DNA of 64,000 nucleotides, taken from NCBI GenBank assembly GCA_026414165.1, contig JAOAJN010000007.1, positions 7,391 through 71,390 on the forward strand. The letters run 5' to 3'. Source of the stretch: Candidatus Methanomethylicaceae archaeon. GTDB lineage: Archaea; Thermoproteota; Methanomethylicia; Methanomethylicales; Methanomethylicaceae. Each line of letters starts with the position of its first letter. Position 1 is the first letter of the stretch. Below, piece by piece: positions 9,206 through 18,772 of the stretch. Made by a program: the position numbers and the translations under genes. The notes beneath the pieces were generated by a model that made no database searches, had not been told where the DNA came from, and worked only from the letters and a program-made list of their open reading frames with translations.

Positions 9206-11123
9206 ACTCCTTCATCCTCTCTAGTTGGTATTCTTCCAATATGGTCTTTAGTTTTCTCCTTTTTTCTTTTGATATTTCGGCAAGTCTTTGTCTAGAGGAT
9301 TCCATAGCACGGTCGAACGAGGTCTTCTCAACTATAACAAAATCTTGGTAATCTGCGAAGGTAAGGTCTTTTAGGAGTATAACAGGTATCTCAAGCTCAA
9401 ACATCAGACCTTCAGGAGAGGCTTCTTGGGCGATTATGAATTTTGGTGTTGAGCGCTTTAGTTCTTTTTTGAGTTCTTCGTTCAGAGCTTCCGCTTTTTT
9501 CACAAATATGCCTCTTTCGCTGCATGACTTGAGAGCATCCTTTAGTGTGGAGAATTTGTAGAATATCAAGGATGTACCAGAAGCGAGGGAGACCATGTCA
9601 GACGTCATCTTGAGATTCTTCGTTTTTTCGGATTCGAGATCTGCCCTGAGTTTTGCGATCTCTCCAAGGAGGGCGCTTATTCGCCGCTCCATCTCATAAG
9701 TTTCGGGGAGGGTCGGCACTCGTTCCTTCTTTTTGGCAAGGCGCAGCTCCAACTCGAGCTCTTCTAGCCTCTCCTCGAGAGTCTTTACTTTGAGTGAGAG
9801 AGCGTCTCTCTCGGATTGGATGTTGAGTAACTTAGTCTCGAGGACGCTAATCAACTCTTTCTCGGAACTCCTTCGTCTTCTGCGCAACTGTCTTTCTGGC
9901 GGAGGGGTTTTTGATGAGGCGATGGCATCCTTTATGCTCATGCCCCTGATGACTTGCGCCTTAATGTCGTCCAAATTCACTTGGATTCCCAACTCCTTAA
10001 CGTGCGACGCGCATTGTTCCAACTTATTCTTATAAAAGGAGAAGGCTTTAAATGCAGCAGATAGTGCATCACGCTGATGCGAGTCGGCAACCTCGATATT
10101 CTGCTCGAGCGTCAACTTTTCAATTATTTCCAATTTTTCTGAGGTTTTCAGCGACTGTTCGGGGAAGTATGTTATGGCGTTGTGGGATGCTGATAGTTTT
10201 AGAACCATAGAGGGCGGGGGTCGTACGTCGGAGGCGAATATGAGCGCCCTACCCAGCGAGGAGAGGATTCGCGTTATTTGGCCTCTGCTAATGCCTCTCC
10301 CGCTAGACAGGTGGATGACGTTCCCATTAAGATCGAGGACGGCCAAGCCGGAAACCATACCTGGATCCACACCAACAATGAGGTGGCGTTTGTGCACCTG
10401 TTCGGCTTTTGTGCCGATAGGGGCGAAGTCAAATGACTTTGAGAATATGGGAGTGACCCTCACATTCACACTTGATGTGCGTATCGGTCGGATGATCCCT
10501 GATAGTTGGTTTCTCGGCGCGTAGATGATAAAGGAAGCGCTCTCGATCCCATGGGAGCCCCTCTTCAGGGATAGATCATAATCAATTCCTCTTGAACGGA
10601 GCGCAGATTCAATGCCCTTCGCCAAGCTCAAAATCGCACCCTGAACGCTCCTCCGAAATCTCCCAGCACTCATGCCTCCTGGACCGAAGCTCCTTCTTCG
10701 GGAGATTGTGACCCTAGTCTCGGGATCGAAGAGCTTTACAACGAAGCCCTGCCCGGAAAACACTGCCCTTGCGCAAACTTCTGCAGACTTTAGCGGAAAG
10801 AGCTTCTCGCCCCTTGTGATTCCCAACTCCTTTCCTATTATTGACAGTGGTTTGAAGCCATGGATCGGCGAGCCTGTCACCTGTATCAGGTCTGCATTGT
10901 AAAGATAACTCATGAAACTCTTAATCTCCTTTTCTGAGCCTAGCTCGTAGATGTTGTCAATGGCGACGGCGTCAACTTTGTGTAGACGAACAAGTTCCAA
11001 GATCTCTTCTTTTGATGCAAACTCTTGTTTTGATATTATGTGAGATTGGTCGACAAGTACCAGAGAGAAACCAGAATAGGAAGGGAGCCTGTCAAGACCC
11101 AACACGAGTTTGTAAGGGATCAT
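9192..11123 (-). CDS. DUF460/COG2433-like protein: two RNase H-fold-like segments plus a long coiled coil
   Basis: KLVLGLDRLP near the N-terminus and a second LIVGVDPGMVSGLAVLDLNGNVI segment (RuvC/YqgF-like start). A central heptad-rich region reads LEERLEELELELRLAKKK. The family call is from memory. Confidence 0.6.
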   Translation of the reverse strand: MIPYKLVLGLDRLPSYSGFSLVLVDQSHIISKQEFASKEEILELVRLHKVDAVAIDNIYELGSEKEIKSFMSYLYNADLIQVTGSPIHGFKPLSIIGKELGITRGEKLFPLKSAEVCARAVFSGQGFVVKLFDPETRVTISRRRSFGPGGMSAGRFRRSVQGAILSLAKGIESALRSRGIDYDLSLKRGSHGIESASFIIYAPRNQLSGIIRPIRTSSVNVRVTPIFSKSFDFAPIGTKAEQVHKRHLIVGVDPGMVSGLAVLDLNGNVIHLSSGRGISRGQITRILSSLGRALIFASDVRPPPSMVLKLSASHNAITYFPEQSLKTSEKLEIIEKLTLEQNIEVADSHQRDALSAAFKAFSFYKNKLEQCASHVKELGIQVNLDDIKAQVIRGMSIKDAIASSKTPPPERQLRRRRRSSEKELISVLETKLLNIQSERDALSLKVKTLEERLEELELELRLAKKKERVPTLPETYEMERRISALLGEIAKLRADLESEKTKNLKMTSDMVSLASGTSLIFYKFSTLKDALKSCSERGIFVKKAEALNEELKKELKRSTPKFIIAQEASPEGLMFELEIPVILLKDLTFADYQDFVIVEKTSFDRAMESSRQRLAEISKEKRRKLKTILEEYQLERMKEFNKA

Positions 11124-11308
11124 GGGATATCAGCATAATAAAGATTTATATATTAGGAGTTGTTCGATAGATATAATCTCAATTGGGTTATAAAATTAGC
11201 TATTTATTGTTTTTAATAAGTAGGTCCATAATTGTATTTTTGCAACAAAAAGTTTAAAAGTGTATGTTTTACAAATCAGTTAGAAGCATGTAATAAAAGG
11301 TGGGATAA

Positions 11309-11617
11309 ATGACTGAAACAGAAAGTTCAGGTTCGATTAATGAAGGCATTATAGTAGTAAAAGGGGACAATGTAGCAAATGTAGCAATGGCACTCTCGTC
11401 CCCTACAAGGATCCAGATACTGAACTACATTAAAGGGAAAGAGGTGGATATGCAACAGATCGCCGAGCTCATAAAGCAGAGCAAGGCAAACGCGAGTGCC
11501 CAGATGAGGATACTTGAAGGGGCAGGTCTTGTAAAGACCATCTACAAGCCCGGTGTAAGGGGAGTTAAGAAAGTCTGCACGACGGGTGTTAAAGAAGTAA
11601 GGCTGATTCTGGATTAG
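11309..11617 (+). CDS. ArsR-family winged-helix transcriptional regulator
   Basis: ALSSPTRIQILNYIKGKEVDMQQIAELIKQSKANASAQMRILEGAGLV, an ArsR-type HTH. Confidence 0.65.
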   Translation: MTETESSGSINEGIIVVKGDNVANVAMALSSPTRIQILNYIKGKEVDMQQIAELIKQSKANASAQMRILEGAGLVKTIYKPGVRGVKKVCTTGVKEVRLILD

Positions 11618-11673
11618 CCTTAAATTATCTCTTTTTTAGTGCCAAATCTTTTAATTTTTAATCTTTATATTTT

Positions 11674-13290
11674 TCAATTTACTTTAATCTTCATGCCAGC
11701 GGAGGCTTTAATGAAGCCAAGATATGGCGGAGAGGGTTTGCCAGGTCTTGATTTGAACTCTGGATGGGCTTGTGTGCCCAAGAAGAAAGGATGATCAGGA
11801 AGCTCAATAAACTCAACTCGCCTTTTATCGTAGGAGAACCCGCTCAGGACGAGCCCGCCCTCTTTCAGAGCTTCCCAGTAATTGGGATTGACTTCGTACC
11901 TGTGGCGGTGCCGCTCTGATATCTCATTGGCTCCGTATAGTTGGTGGGCTAGTGTGCCTTCCTCCAAGAATATCTTGTAAGCGCCGAGGCGCATAGTGCC
12001 CCCTAGGGCGCCAACGCTCTTTTGTTCTGGTAGAAGATCAATTACGGGGTGAGGAGTGCTTGGATTCGCTTCAGTGGTGTCTGCATTTTTGTACCCAAGG
12101 ACGCTCCTTGCAAACTCGACCACGGCAAGCTGGAAGCCAAAACATATTCCCAAAAAGGGGATCTTGTGTTCACGTGCGAATTTTATAGCCATTATTTTGC
12201 CTTCTGTGCCCCTAGCACCAAAGCCTGGTAGGACCATTATGCCGTCGTAATTTTCTAAAGTGGAAGTGGCGGAGGGATCTTTCTCGAAAACTGTGGTCTC
12301 GATCCACTCTAAATGGGGGGTTACGCCCACCTTTGCGCCAGCATGCTTTAAGGCCTCTATGATGCTAACATAGGAGTCCGCCAATTTAGTGTATTTTCCA
12401 CACATCGCTATTTTGACGATCTTTTGAGGTTCCTTAAAAGAGGCCACTATTGAGTTCCAGTTGTTCCAGTCGGGAACTTTGTTGTTAAGTGATAGTCGCT
12501 TCACTATATACTCGCCCATGCCCTGCCTATCGAGCTCCATGGGCAGCATGTATATGTTATCAACATCATATGATGTGAAGACCGCCTCATAGGGGACGCT
12601 CCCAAACAGCGAGATCTTCTTCTTGACTGACTCGTCTAGTGATATGCGGCACCTGGCGACTAGAATGTCAGGCTGAATGCCTATCCTTCTCAGCTCCTGA
12701 ACGCTGTGCTGAAAGGGCTTGCTCTTCTGCTCTTTAGTGACATCTAGTATCGGAACCAAAGCCAAGTGTATGAAGAGCGTGTCATCATAGCCCTCCTCAA
12801 GGCGCATCTGTCTGACAGCCTCAAAGAACGGAAGGCTTTCAATGTCTCCCACGGTGCCACCAATCTCAACCAAGAGAATGTCACATTTTGCCATCTTCGC
12901 TGCGGTCCTTATTCGACTTTTGATCTCGTCGGTCACATGTGGTATTATCTGGACACATCTCCCCAGATATTCACCCTTTCTCTCCTTTTCTATTACTGAT
13001 GCATAAACCTGACCAGTGGTTATGTTGTTGAACTTTGGGATGTTTATGTCTAAGAACCTTTCGTAATGACCCAAATCAAGATCCGTCTCGCCGCCGTCGT
13101 CTGTTACGTAAACTTCTCCGTGCATGTAAGGATTCATAGTCCCAGCGTCCACATTTACATATGGATCTATCTTAACCGCTGAGACCGAATAGCCTCTTAC
13201 CTGCAACATCTTACCTATTGATGATGTGAGAATCCCCTTTCCGACACTGCTAAGGACGCCGCCGGTTACGAAGATAAATTTTGTCATCAT
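11674..13290 (-). CDS. pyrG: CTP synthase
   Basis: [19 protein letters not shown] at the N-terminus. Glutamine amidotransferase part with GICFGFQ and HRHRYEVN. Confidence 0.95.
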   Translation of the reverse strand: MMTKFIFVTGGVLSSVGKGILTSSIGKMLQVRGYSVSAVKIDPYVNVDAGTMNPYMHGEVYVTDDGGETDLDLGHYERFLDINIPKFNNITTGQVYASVIEKERKGEYLGRCVQIIPHVTDEIKSRIRTAAKMAKCDILLVEIGGTVGDIESLPFFEAVRQMRLEEGYDDTLFIHLALVPILDVTKEQKSKPFQHSVQELRRIGIQPDILVARCRISLDESVKKKISLFGSVPYEAVFTSYDVDNIYMLPMELDRQGMGEYIVKRLSLNNKVPDWNNWNSIVASFKEPQKIVKIAMCGKYTKLADSYVSIIEALKHAGAKVGVTPHLEWIETTVFEKDPSATSTLENYDGIMVLPGFGARGTEGKIMAIKFAREHKIPFLGICFGFQLAVVEFARSVLGYKNADTTEANPSTPHPVIDLLPEQKSVGALGGTMRLGAYKIFLEEGTLAHQLYGANEISERHRHRYEVNPNYWEALKEGGLVLSGFSYDKRRVEFIELPDHPFFLGTQAHPEFKSRPGKPSPPYLGFIKASAGMKIKVN

Positions 13291-13432
13291 TAACGTCCCT
13301 CAGTTTTTGTAGACTATAATAGAGTAAAGATAAAAAGATATCCTACGGAAAAGTCCAGGCTAATACGAGGATTTACTAACAGAATTGATCACTCTTTGAA
13401 GGTGGCTGCAGAACCAAAAAAGAACGGCAGAT

Positions 13433-13462
13433 TATGTCTATTTCTATGTCTATTTCTATTTT
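13433..13462. repeat. tandem 12-mer tatgtctatttc x2 plus a partial third copy
   Basis: Read directly from the sequence, in the spacer upstream of pyrG. Confidence 0.7.
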
Positions 13463-13475
13463 TTAAGAGAAAAAA

Positions 13476-14204
13476 TTATTCATGGGGAGGTTCATCCGAA
13501 TCCCCAAATCTATCAAGGGGAATTTTCTCAACAATTTGTATACTTTTGATATTCCAGATTCCAGAGTTGTGGTGCCAGACGGTCTCTGCTTCAAGAACCC
13601 TCAACCTCCTTTTGAAGAGGGGGGAGTCACAAACGAAGGTCTCGTATTCCCCGCCTTCCCCTGAAGGGTTCAGCCCATACTTTTCTCTGAGCTTGAGCAG
13701 AGTGTTGACTCTGTTCAAATCCAAAACCTTCCCGAGCCAATCTTTATCCAGCCCTTCAGCGGAGACCGAGGTGAAGTAAACCTCGAATTTCAGATTCAGG
13801 ATCTCGGTCAACAATTCACGTTCTGGAGTTCCCCAGAGCGGGGAGAGGTGTTTCAGACCAAGAGTGTCGCACAATTTTTCCACCCTACTCTTCTGGTAAT
13901 TACTGGCTATGGCACCTGTGGCTACTCCTTCGATCTTCGATTGGTACTTAAGTTGGGACAAAGCAGGGATCAGTTCGGCGACCTCCTTCTCCTTTTCTCC
14001 GGATACCTTGACACATTGCCAAGGGAAGCCCATACAATCGGCTTGGAGACCAGCAAGTTCAACATTTGGTCGGTGGAACATCCAAGAGTCTGGTTTTTCA
14101 GGAATAACAGTCAAGAGAGAGACTATCTCGTGACCTTCTCTCAGAAGTCTATAAAGGGCAAGGTGGCTGTCTTTTCCGCCGGAGTATAAGACCACAACAC
14201 GCAT
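13476..14204 (-). CDS. PP-loop ATP pyrophosphatase, diphthine-ammonia ligase (Dph6)-like
   Basis: MRVVVLYSGGKDS PP-loop motif and EGGEYETFV near the C-terminus. Start placed at the MRVVV methionine. Confidence 0.65.
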   Translation of the reverse strand: MRVVVLYSGGKDSHLALYRLLREGHEIVSLLTVIPEKPDSWMFHRPNVELAGLQADCMGFPWQCVKVSGEKEKEVAELIPALSQLKYQSKIEGVATGAIASNYQKSRVEKLCDTLGLKHLSPLWGTPERELLTEILNLKFEVYFTSVSAEGLDKDWLGKVLDLNRVNTLLKLREKYGLNPSGEGGEYETFVCDSPLFKRRLRVLEAETVWHHNSGIWNIKSIQIVEKIPLDRFGDSDEPPHE

Positions 14205-14214
14205 TGAGAACACC

Positions 14215-14904
14215 TCATGATGCTAGTAGTAAAGCGATGAGCCCCGTCAGAAAGATCCCGTCGAAGGTTCCAGCGCCGCCAATGCTGACGCTTGAGGCGC
14301 CCAATTTTTTGAAGTCATTTTTGTGGAAGAGGTCTGCGCCCAACAGTGTGCCTATCGTACCTCCCACATAGGCCACAACGGGGGCGTAATCTCCACCAAT
14401 CAACAAGGCGATAACCGCGGTGAGTATTGGAGGTATGAAGCCTGGAACAACTATTCCCAGACCTTGAACCGGTCTGGAGATGAAGTATGTCAACACTGAG
14501 ATCAGAATTGTTGCCAAAAATGATGCAGAGACTGCAACTGGATTGACCAGTAATAGGTAAAAGGAGAGGAGGAGAGGCATTATAGCACCTCCCAAGTTAA
14601 TGCATACCGTAGTGTAGGACGCTCGGGACTCGATGGATGGAACAGGGTACGGTATTCCCATAAAGTAAGCATACTTCATTATGACTACTGGGATATCTGT
14701 TCTAATCTTCCAAAGTGGCAAATTGATTGTGCTGCCCATAAGGCTGAACGTCAAGAAGAGCAAAAAACCGTACCATGGCAGACCAAATCGGTGCAACGTC
14801 CTTCCAATGACTCCAAATAGGATTAGGGGCACCATAAAAACTAGTAAGATCAAGAATGCTGCCAACATAATGCCTACGATGGGTAGGAAAAAGAACCTTC
14901 GCAT
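14215..14904 (-). CDS. polytopic membrane protein (possibly DUF1614-like)
   Basis: 229 aa and almost entirely hydrophobic. Has GGAGTFDGIFL near the C-terminus. The family name is from memory only. Confidence 0.5.
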   Translation of the reverse strand: MRRFFFLPIVGIMLAAFLILLVFMVPLILFGVIGRTLHRFGLPWYGFLLFLTFSLMGSTINLPLWKIRTDIPVVIMKYAYFMGIPYPVPSIESRASYTTVCINLGGAIMPLLLSFYLLLVNPVAVSASFLATILISVLTYFISRPVQGLGIVVPGFIPPILTAVIALLIGGDYAPVVAYVGGTIGTLLGADLFHKNDFKKLGASSVSIGGAGTFDGIFLTGLIALLLAS

Positions 14905-14947
14905 ATTATGACCTTAGGGACTTATTTAAAGAGAAAACATATAACTT

Positions 14948-14995
14948 TTTAGTTTTAGGTTTAGTTTTAGGTTTAGTTATAAGTTTAGGGATAGG
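14948..14995. repeat. four tandem 12-mers (tttagttttagg, tttagttttagg, tttagttataag, tttagggatagg)
   Basis: Read directly from the sequence. The plus strand has no C here. Located directly upstream of the 15014 gene. Confidence 0.8.
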
Positions 14996-15013
14996 TATTA
15001 TGGTGGATCATTT

Positions 15014-15820
15014 ATGGAGAGAGCGCTGGTCACAATCACACCATCAGAGGCGAAGAGGCTGATAGGAAAGGCTGTTGCTTTATTGGAGCCAGTGAGAAGT
15101 GCTCTGAAAAAGGGAACTATCGTGATATGCCTCGGAACGACAAACGCGTTTGTTGCAGAGGAGATAATGGGCAAAGAGATCAGAGAGAGGGGCAATTTCG
15201 CCATTGGGATAATTACTCCCCTTGGGACATGTATTACCAATCCGAAAAACCGGCTGAAGGAGTTAGTTATAAGGGATGGAAAGGTAACCGAGCTCTCCAT
15301 GAAAGATGTTCTGGATGATCTTGGGCCAGAGGATGTGTTTATCAAAGGAGCAAATGCGATCGATCCATTCGGAAATGCAGGCGTATTTCTAGGGTCTCAG
15401 ACAGGCGGGACTTTGGGGATGAGTATTGGCGTTCTTCTCTCTAGAGGGGTGAGGGTGATAATCCCCGTAAGTCTAGAGAAGCTAATACCATGCCCGATTG
15501 GAGAGATCATCCCAAAGGTTGGGAACAGAAGGTTCCGCTACTCGATGAAAATGCCAGTTGGCATGATGCTGCTGCCAGGAGAGATCGTGACGGAGGTTGA
15601 GGCTTTCAATATCCTTTTTGGGTGTGAATGCTTCCCCATAGGTGGCGGAGGTGTAAATGGGGGCGAGGGAGCAAGGTGTTATTTATTAGAAGGCGAGAAA
15701 CTAGATGAGGTTTGGAAGGGGATTATGAAGATTAAAGGTGAGGAGAGGGTTATCGCGCAGGAGGCGAACTGTAAAGATTGCAATATGCAGTGTTGGAGGT
15801 TTGCCAGAATTGATGCTTGA
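15014..15820 (+). CDS. conserved-looking hypothetical protein, translationally coupled to sufC
   Basis: 268 aa with Gly-rich segments (GSQTGGTLGMSIG, PIGGGGVNGGEG) and a C-terminal CKDCNMQC. Its stop overlaps the sufC ATG (ATGCTTGA). I recognise no family. Confidence 0.6.
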   Translation: MERALVTITPSEAKRLIGKAVALLEPVRSALKKGTIVICLGTTNAFVAEEIMGKEIRERGNFAIGIITPLGTCITNPKNRLKELVIRDGKVTELSMKDVLDDLGPEDVFIKGANAIDPFGNAGVFLGSQTGGTLGMSIGVLLSRGVRVIIPVSLEKLIPCPIGEIIPKVGNRRFRYSMKMPVGMMLLPGEIVTEVEAFNILFGCECFPIGGGGVNGGEGARCYLLEGEKLDEVWKGIMKIKGEERVIAQEANCKDCNMQCWRFARIDA

Positions 15821-16559
15821 AGTGCAAGATCTTTACGTATCGGTAGACAAGAAAGAACTCCTGAAGGGAGTAAAACTTGTAGTTGAAGAAGGAGAGGTAG
15901 CAGCAATAATGGGCCACAATGCTTCGGGAAAGACCACGCTAGCGCTGACGCTCGCAGGATTCCCACAGTACAGTATAACGAAAGGGAGGATCATATTCAG
16001 AGGAGAAGATATTACCTACAAGGCTATTCATGAGAGAGCAAAGGCAGGGCTTGCCATCGCATTTCAGTCGCCTCCTGCGATCAGAGGTATAAAGCTGGGA
16101 GATATGATCGCACTTGCTGGCGGGATAAACCCTTGGACATCAAATTTAGACATAAGATTTGTGGAGGAGGTTCTAAGAAAGGTAAACTTGGAGCCCTCTC
16201 TCTACATGGATAGGGAATTAAATGTAGGTTTCTCCGGGGGAGAGAGGAAGAGAAGCGAGTTGGCACAGATATTTGCCATGAGGCCAAAGCTGATCATTCT
16301 TGACGAGATTGATAGCGGTGTGGACATAGATTCCCTCAGGATTCTTGGTGGTTCATTAAGAGAGTATATAGATCTCAATCGATGTTCGGCCATAGTCATA
16401 ACCCACCACAGACACATACTACAGTACCTCAAGCCCAATAGGGTCCACATCATGTCTAATGGAAAGATCGTGCTGAGCGGTACCTACGAAGAACTCGTTC
16501 CAAAGATAGAGACTTTGGGTTATGAGGCGCTGATAAAGGGGGTTTCGACAAATGGATGA
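15813..16559 (+). CDS. sufC: Fe-S cluster assembly ATPase SufC
   Basis: Walker A GHNASGKTT, ABC signature FSGGERKR, Walker B LIILDEIDSGVD. Start set at the internal ATG at 15813 (MLEVQDLYVSV). Confidence 0.85.
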   Translation: MLEVQDLYVSVDKKELLKGVKLVVEEGEVAAIMGHNASGKTTLALTLAGFPQYSITKGRIIFRGEDITYKAIHERAKAGLAIAFQSPPAIRGIKLGDMIALAGGINPWTSNLDIRFVEEVLRKVNLEPSLYMDRELNVGFSGGERKRSELAQIFAMRPKLIILDEIDSGVDIDSLRILGGSLREYIDLNRCSAIVITHHRHILQYLKPNRVHIMSNGKIVLSGTYEELVPKIETLGYEALIKGVSTNG

Positions 16560-17793
16560 GGGGTGGAGGGAGAAGTTCAGACTTAGGGCGATGGAGGCGC
16601 TGACCAAGAAGGCGCCTTTTGGAAGCGACATTGACCTGAGTAAATTTACTGGGCAAGCGATCTCAAGAGATGTTATTCCAGAGGATGCACCAAACAAGGC
16701 GCTTGAGGTGGGTGTAGAGCTAACAGAGAAAAAGAGCGGCATTTATTTCCAACTCGATCACTCCGTCATTTTATCGCAGTTAGCCTCTAAAATAAAAGGT
16801 TTGGAGCTGATGCCTATTGATGATGCCTTATCCAAGTATGAGTGGTTGAGGCAATACTACTGGAAGGCGTTATCGGTGGAACAGGATAAATATACCGCGG
16901 TTGCCGAACTCAATAGGACAAAAGGGTATTTCATAAGGGCATTGGCAAACGAGAAGATAACACAGCCAGTACAGGCGTGTCTTTTTATCGATTCCGATTG
17001 GCTTCTTCAGGCGCCTCATAACATAATTATAGCAGAGGAGGGCTCTGAAATCAACATTATAACGGGTTGCACGATAGGGAACAGAGCCAAGAGGGCGGCG
17101 CACCTGGGAATAACAGAATTTTATGTGAAGAAGAACGCCAAAGTCATTTTTACAATGATACATAGCTGGGGAGAGGAGACGTACGTCAGACCTAGGACGG
17201 GCGCGATTGTTGAGGAGGGAGGAGTATTCATCTCAAATTATGTGCTCATCAAGCCCGTCCGCGACATTCAGAGCTACCCCACAGTATATCTGTTAGGGAG
17301 GGGAGCGAAGGCAAGATTCAACTCCATTATATATGCCAGTAAGGATTCTTTAATCGACCTAGGAAACAGGCTAATACTAATGGAGGAGGGGAGCTCAGGT
17401 GAGTCTGTATTTAAGGTTGTGGCCACTGGAACTGCGAGAGTTTACAATAGGGGGCAGATAATAGGTCAAAGCAGGAACACGAAGGGACACCTAGAGTGTA
17501 GAGGGATGATCTTATGCCCTACCGCATCGGTGATTGCCATACCTGAGCTGATAGCGGAGCATTCAGATACTGAACTTTCACACGAAGCAGCCATAGGCAA
17601 GCTACAGGAAGAGCAGTTGCATTATATAATGTCCAGGGGGATACCGCCCGAGGAGGCAATAAGCATACTAGTAAAGGGTTTCTTGGATCCAGGTCTGCCA
17701 GGGCTTCCGGAGACCTTGCAGGCGGAGATAAGAAGAAGACTCTTCATGATTGATAGGGGGCTCGTAAAGGGGTCTGAGGTCAAAGTAGAATGA
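16552..17793 (+). CDS. sufB: Fe-S cluster assembly scaffold protein of the SufB/SufD family
   Basis: 413 aa and overlaps the sufC stop (ATGGATGA). The C-terminal HEAAIGKLQEEQLHYIMSRGIPPEEA is typical of SufB/D. Confidence 0.8.
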   Translation: MDEGWREKFRLRAMEALTKKAPFGSDIDLSKFTGQAISRDVIPEDAPNKALEVGVELTEKKSGIYFQLDHSVILSQLASKIKGLELMPIDDALSKYEWLRQYYWKALSVEQDKYTAVAELNRTKGYFIRALANEKITQPVQACLFIDSDWLLQAPHNIIIAEEGSEINIITGCTIGNRAKRAAHLGITEFYVKKNAKVIFTMIHSWGEETYVRPRTGAIVEEGGVFISNYVLIKPVRDIQSYPTVYLLGRGAKARFNSIIYASKDSLIDLGNRLILMEEGSSGESVFKVVATGTARVYNRGQIIGQSRNTKGHLECRGMILCPTASVIAIPELIAEHSDTELSHEAAIGKLQEEQLHYIMSRGIPPEEAISILVKGFLDPGLPGLPETLQAEIRRRLFMIDRGLVKGSEVKVE

Positions 17794-18742
17794 TGTCCCC
17801 GGAGTAGATCTTTTTAAAGCCATTATCATACTTAACTAAGAGGGATCCATCTTCGTCGATATCGACGGCAAGACCTCTCAAGGCTCCATCAGGCATACGG
17901 ACTTCCACCCTTTGTCCAATTGTACAAGAGTTGGAACGCCAAAGAGAGATAACCCTCGAAAAGCCATTCTCCGACGCCTCAAGATAAAGGTCCTCAGAGT
18001 TCTTTAGAATCCCGCAAAGTAACTCTGCCCTGTCTATTTTGGTGCCAATGATATCACACAGTGAAACAGCGGAGTCGCATATTTCGCTTGGTAGGTCGGT
18101 AAGCGAGGTGTTCACGTTTATACCTATTCCTGCGATCACATAATCCACGCGGTCTATTTCGGTTGAGGCTTCCAGAAGTATGCCGCAAACTTTTCTTCGA
18201 TCTATGAGGACGTCGTTAGGCCACTTTAAAGAGGCATTAATACCTAATGGTTGCAGTGCTGTGACTATCGCGACTCCAAATAGCAAGGTCAATTTATGCA
18301 ACTCTTTAGGAGGTATAGAAGGGCGTAAGAGGAGGCTGAACCAAAGCCCTCCTCTCGGGGATGACCAGACCCTATTCATTCGACCCTTCCCGCGGGTCTG
18401 CTCCAGAGCTAAGACTACCGTGCCCTCGGGAGCGCCCTTTTCGGCGAGTTTGCCCATGTAAGTTTGGGTTGAGTCTACAGAGTCCAAAGTTATGATCTCT
18501 TTTCCAAATATTCGAGTTTTCAATCTAGACTTTATTTCTAATGGTAAAAGACCATCAAACCTTGGCACAAGTCGGTAACCTTTCTTCCGGACAGCCTCTA
18601 TGTCGTAACCAAGTTTTCTAAGCTGCTGGATCCGCTTAAACACCGCAGTCCGACTTACTCCAAACGCGCTTGCAGCGCCTTGACCCGAGACGAAAGAGCC
18701 TTTAATCAGGAGGTCGTCAATTTTGCTAGACAAGCCTACCAC
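17780..18742 (-). CDS. birA: biotin-protein ligase with N-terminal HTH (BirA-type)
   Basis: GKGRMNRVWSSPRGGLWFS biotin-ligase motif and the N-terminal HTH SGQGAASAFGVSRTAVFKRIQQLRKLGY. I prefer the GTG at 18742, which sits 22 nt downstream of a TATAAAAG box. Confidence 0.8.
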   Translation of the reverse strand: MVGLSSKIDDLLIKGSFVSGQGAASAFGVSRTAVFKRIQQLRKLGYDIEAVRKKGYRLVPRFDGLLPLEIKSRLKTRIFGKEIITLDSVDSTQTYMGKLAEKGAPEGTVVLALEQTRGKGRMNRVWSSPRGGLWFSLLLRPSIPPKELHKLTLLFGVAIVTALQPLGINASLKWPNDVLIDRRKVCGILLEASTEIDRVDYVIAGIGINVNTSLTDLPSEICDSAVSLCDIIGTKIDRAELLCGILKNSEDLYLEASENGFSRVISLWRSNSCTIGQRVEVRMPDGALRGLAVDIDEDGSLLVKYDNGFKKIYSGDIILL

Positions 18743-18764
18743 AAAAATTGTAAAAGTGTGGGTG

Positions 18765-18772
18765 CTTTTATA
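18765..18772 (-). promoter_or_regulatory. putative TATA box (TATAAAAG) for birA
   Basis: The minus strand reads cataTAAAAGcacccacacttttacaatttttGTG. The box overlaps the stop codon of the upstream CoA-transferase gene. The spacing fits a leaderless or short-leader transcript. Confidence 0.35.

Noticed and set aside
9912-9965. TTGATGA ... CTGATGA motifs on the plus strand inside the DUF460 gene. Similar isolated ATGATGA/GTGATGA boxes occur inside atpC, atpE, cinA, the polyferredoxin genes and the mrp genes
   Set aside because: All lie inside coding regions, often as Met-Met or Asp-Asp codons. None has correctly spaced D'/C'/D boxes.
13347-13415. GGAAAAGTCCAGGC followed 50 nt later by GCAGAACC, reminiscent of RNase P RNA CR-I/CR-V
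   Set aside because: The complementary P4 3' strand (CCTGGCTT-like) is absent after CAGAACC. The whole spacer is only about 185 nt and is also needed for the pyrG promoter. I judge this a chance resemblance.
14948-14995. Tandem repeats (also 3416-3487 and 13433-13462) considered as a CRISPR array or minisatellite-type mobile element
   Set aside because: The units are 6-12 nt with no unique spacers, there are no cas genes, and the arrays are shorter than 80 bp. They are reported as simple tandem repeats instead.
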